From contig ML978132.1 of the NCBI GenBank assembly GCA_010015805.1, positions 806,001 to 870,000 on the forward strand: a stretch of DNA of 64,000 bases. Direction: 5' to 3'. The position numbers and the translations under genes were made by a program. Each line of letters begins with the position of its first letter. Position 1 is the stretch's first letter. The stretch is from Rhizodiscina lignyota (taxonomy: Eukaryota). Shown here in pieces: positions 61,415 through 64,000 of this stretch. The notes beneath the pieces were generated by a model. The model searched no databases, had not been told where the DNA came from, and saw only the letters and a list, made by a program, of their open reading frames with translations.

Positions 61415-62990
61415 TCACTTCTTCAAGTTCATGTTGATGTGAATGGTCTTCGGTTGCATGTAGTTCTTCAGGCCCTCAATACCGCTCTCACGGCCGTAAC
61501 CGCTCTGTTTGTAGCCGCCAAACGGCGTCTGTGGTGAGCCGGCCCACGATGAGTTGATGGCGACGGTGCCTGACTCCACCTTGCCCGCTACGCGCAGCGC
61601 GCGGGCCATATCAGAGGTGTAAATTGTGCTGCCGAGGCCGTATGTGGTGTTGTTTGCCAACTTGATGGCGTCATCCTCGTCCTTGAATGTTCGTACGGAG
61701 ATGACAGGGCCGAAGATCTCGTCGGTGTAAACCTTGGACGTCAAGCTTGGGTTCAGAAGCACAGTCGGTTGAACGAATGTGCCCTTGTCGCCGAGGCGGT
61801 CGCCACCTGTCAGTACCTCAACACCCTCGGCCTTGCCGTCCTTCAAGAAGCCCATGACGCGGTCGAACTGCTTCTTGTCGGCCAGAGGACCAAAGGCTGT
61901 CTCGGCCTTCGCTGGGTCGCCCATAACCTTTGCAGCGTTCTCGTATGCTTCCTTAACCTTCTTGACATACTCCTGCGCAATGCTCTCTTGAACAAGAACG
62001 CGAGATGAGGCGACGCACACTTGACCGGAGTTGCGCAGGAAGCCGTCGGCGGTGTGGAAAACGGCGTTGGTCATGTCAGCGTCCTCAAAGATCAGCGCAG
62101 GTGACTTGCCGCCGAGCTCGAGAGTGACCTTCTTCATGTTGGATTTCGTAGCAGCTTGCTGCACAGCACGCCCAGACGGGGCGGAGCCAGTGAAGGCGAT
62201 CTTGGAGATCTGCATGTGCGAGGCGAGCATGGCACCGACGGGACCGGCACCAGCGACAATGTTGATGACACCTGGTGGGAAGCCAGCTTCCTTGATGTAT
62301 TCACCGTAGGCAGCGAGGCCGAGAGGTGACTTCTCAGAAGACTTGAGAATGAAGACGTTTCCTGTGGCCATGGCGGGTGCCATCTTCCAGGCAGCCAGGG
62401 TGTGAGAGCCGTTCCAGGCGCAGATACCGGCGCATACACCTGCATAGGATGTTAATATCTGGTTGCCAGTGGAAAGTGGAGGCGTGAGAAAGCTCACCAA
62501 AAGGCTCATACTGAACAAGCTTATAGTATCCATCCTCATCTGGGGGATAGCTCTCGCCTGCAACCTTGCCTGCGTAGCCAGCATAGTAACGCCACAACGC
62601 AGCAGGCCCCAGCACCATCCTCTTCGCAACCGTTATCGGCTGGCCCATGGCAATGCTCTCCAACTTGGCAAGCTTCTCAGCGTTCGCCTCGAGTAGGTCT
62701 GCCAGCTTGTTCATGCACTTGGCCCGCTTGTGGCCGGCCAACTGGCGCCATGCTGGATACGCGGCCTTCGCAGCGTCAACTGCCCTGTCAATGTCGGCCT
62801 CGCTGGCCACTTGGACCTTGTCTGTCACGAGCGACTCATCCGTTGGGTTGTAGATGGCGACAGTCTCACCGGAGGAGGAGTTGCAGTACTGTAAAGACCA
62901 ATTGTCAACTCCTTGATGGCCAGAATGAGGGGTAGTGGGGAGCTGTCAAGTTACCTCGCCATTGATGAACAAACGGGTTTCGTACGACAT
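61415..62990 (-). CDS. NAD(P)-dependent aldehyde dehydrogenase
   Basis: MSYETRLFINGE exon; AWN, KSSEKSP, FTGS, LELGGKSP (Glu), GQVCVA (Cys), EIFGPV, PFGGYKQSGYGRE. Two introns. Confidence 0.93.
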
Positions 62991-63714
62991 GTTTGCGGCT
63001 GTCTAATTCTATGTGATCAATTGCTCGGCGCTGTTGGAGGTCAATTGGTCTATGTGAGAACTTTTCTCCAGCGAACAAGGGAGATGACATATTGGGCTGC
63101 CTTATATGCGGGGAGCTGTGGCATTTGGCTTGCCAGCTCGGTGAGAGCAGCTCAACCCCGCATATCTCCGGCTTACAACCTTCCGGATTTTAGGAGGGAT
63201 CGGTAATTCAAGGTCAGCGGCCGCTTGACTGTACATATCGATGGAGCTGCTTCACCTTTGCTGCTGCGACTTTTCGGAGCACAACCATTCGTCTATGAGC
63301 ACTCTGAGAGAAGAGACGAAGTCTTAAGCCCGTCTTGACCCTTTAACGCCCTGAGCTGCCAGGCCTATGACGCGTGACATCACGCGTCTGGCCGGAAAAA
63401 CACTTTAGCCGGCCGACGCGTTCTCTCCCTCGCTTCCGCTCCGCTAGCCTCAGCAGTGGAGTAGTCCACGAACAGTCCACAGGACAGGCTCCACTCTTCA
63501 TGTCGTGCTTACCTACATTATCTCAACTTCCACAGCAATATTACAAATCGTCCAGATGATAGTCTGCATGTGGAGCATTCAGGAACGAGATCAGCTCCAA
63601 CGTCTGGCATGAGACGCGTCCCATCACTGGCCCGGAGAATGTGGAGTTCGTGTCGAAACGAGTCTATACTTCATCTCGTAATCGCTCCATCATGCAATCC
63701 TGACAGTGCGGCCG

Positions 63715-64000
63715 ATGGGCACATTGCAAACTGAGTTTCGACATCGCTTCAGCCTGTCAACCTCAGAAGAGCGTCTCGAAGAGCACGTCTGGAGAATTGG
63801 ACAACACCAGGAAGAACAGATTTCTCAGAAAGCCTTTCGAAATTTATCGATCTTGGCTTGTGATGTCTGCCTCTATACGAAGGACAACAAGTTGCTATTG
63901 TGGTCTTCAGTACGGAGCACTCCTTATTCCACGTGATTGAACTCCTGACGGAGGGTTTTCTGTTTCGAATTTTCAATCAACACGAGCCAGCACGCCAGAG
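63715..64000 (+). CDS. Possible 5' part of a hypothetical gene running off the window
   Basis: ORF 63706-63936 stays open to the window end if a GTACGG..CTGAC..AG intron (~63910-63953) is removed. Confidence 0.25.

Noticed and set aside
1..64000. Transposons, Starship captain, CRISPR arrays, rRNA, PKS/NRPS backbone genes
   Set aside because: No transposase, RT or tyrosine-recombinase motifs, no terminal repeats, no AT-rich RIP blocks, no spaced repeat arrays and no synthase domains were seen.

Overview
This is a 64-kb gene-dense window from a filamentous ascomycete fungus (short GT-AG introns with CTRAC branch sites, a Zn2Cys6 transcription factor, fungal-type enzymes). It holds about 24 protein genes and one intron-containing tRNA-Met. 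Core genes: the 3' end of AP-2 mu, SWI5/SAE3, CWC2. Catabolic or accessory modules: (i) peptidase C45/AAT + DAL5-type permease + Zn2Cys6 TF; (ii) a sugar porter divergent from a GH2 beta-mannosidase, followed by a Zn-ADH and an HSL-type esterase; (iii) an intronless ADP-ribosylglycohydrolase divergent from a MAL-type sugar porter, next to an ALDH. Also present: a secreted large-subunit catalase, an MDR-type ABCB transporter, a laccase with a ~440-aa S/P/G-rich N-terminal extension, a secreted GH18 Endo T-like ENGase and an orphan secreted protein. Manual splicing revealed features missing from the ORF track: an 88-aa secreted protein with 8 cysteines (11049-11452), and a SesA/HeLo-like N-terminal-domain gene broken by one stop codon (44123-~44500). 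The latter lies beside a head-to-head pair of a NACHT-like protein lacking its P-loop and an intact fungal AAA+ ATPase, the best candidate here for an uncharacterised system. All family assignments come from motif recognition by eye; no database search was run.
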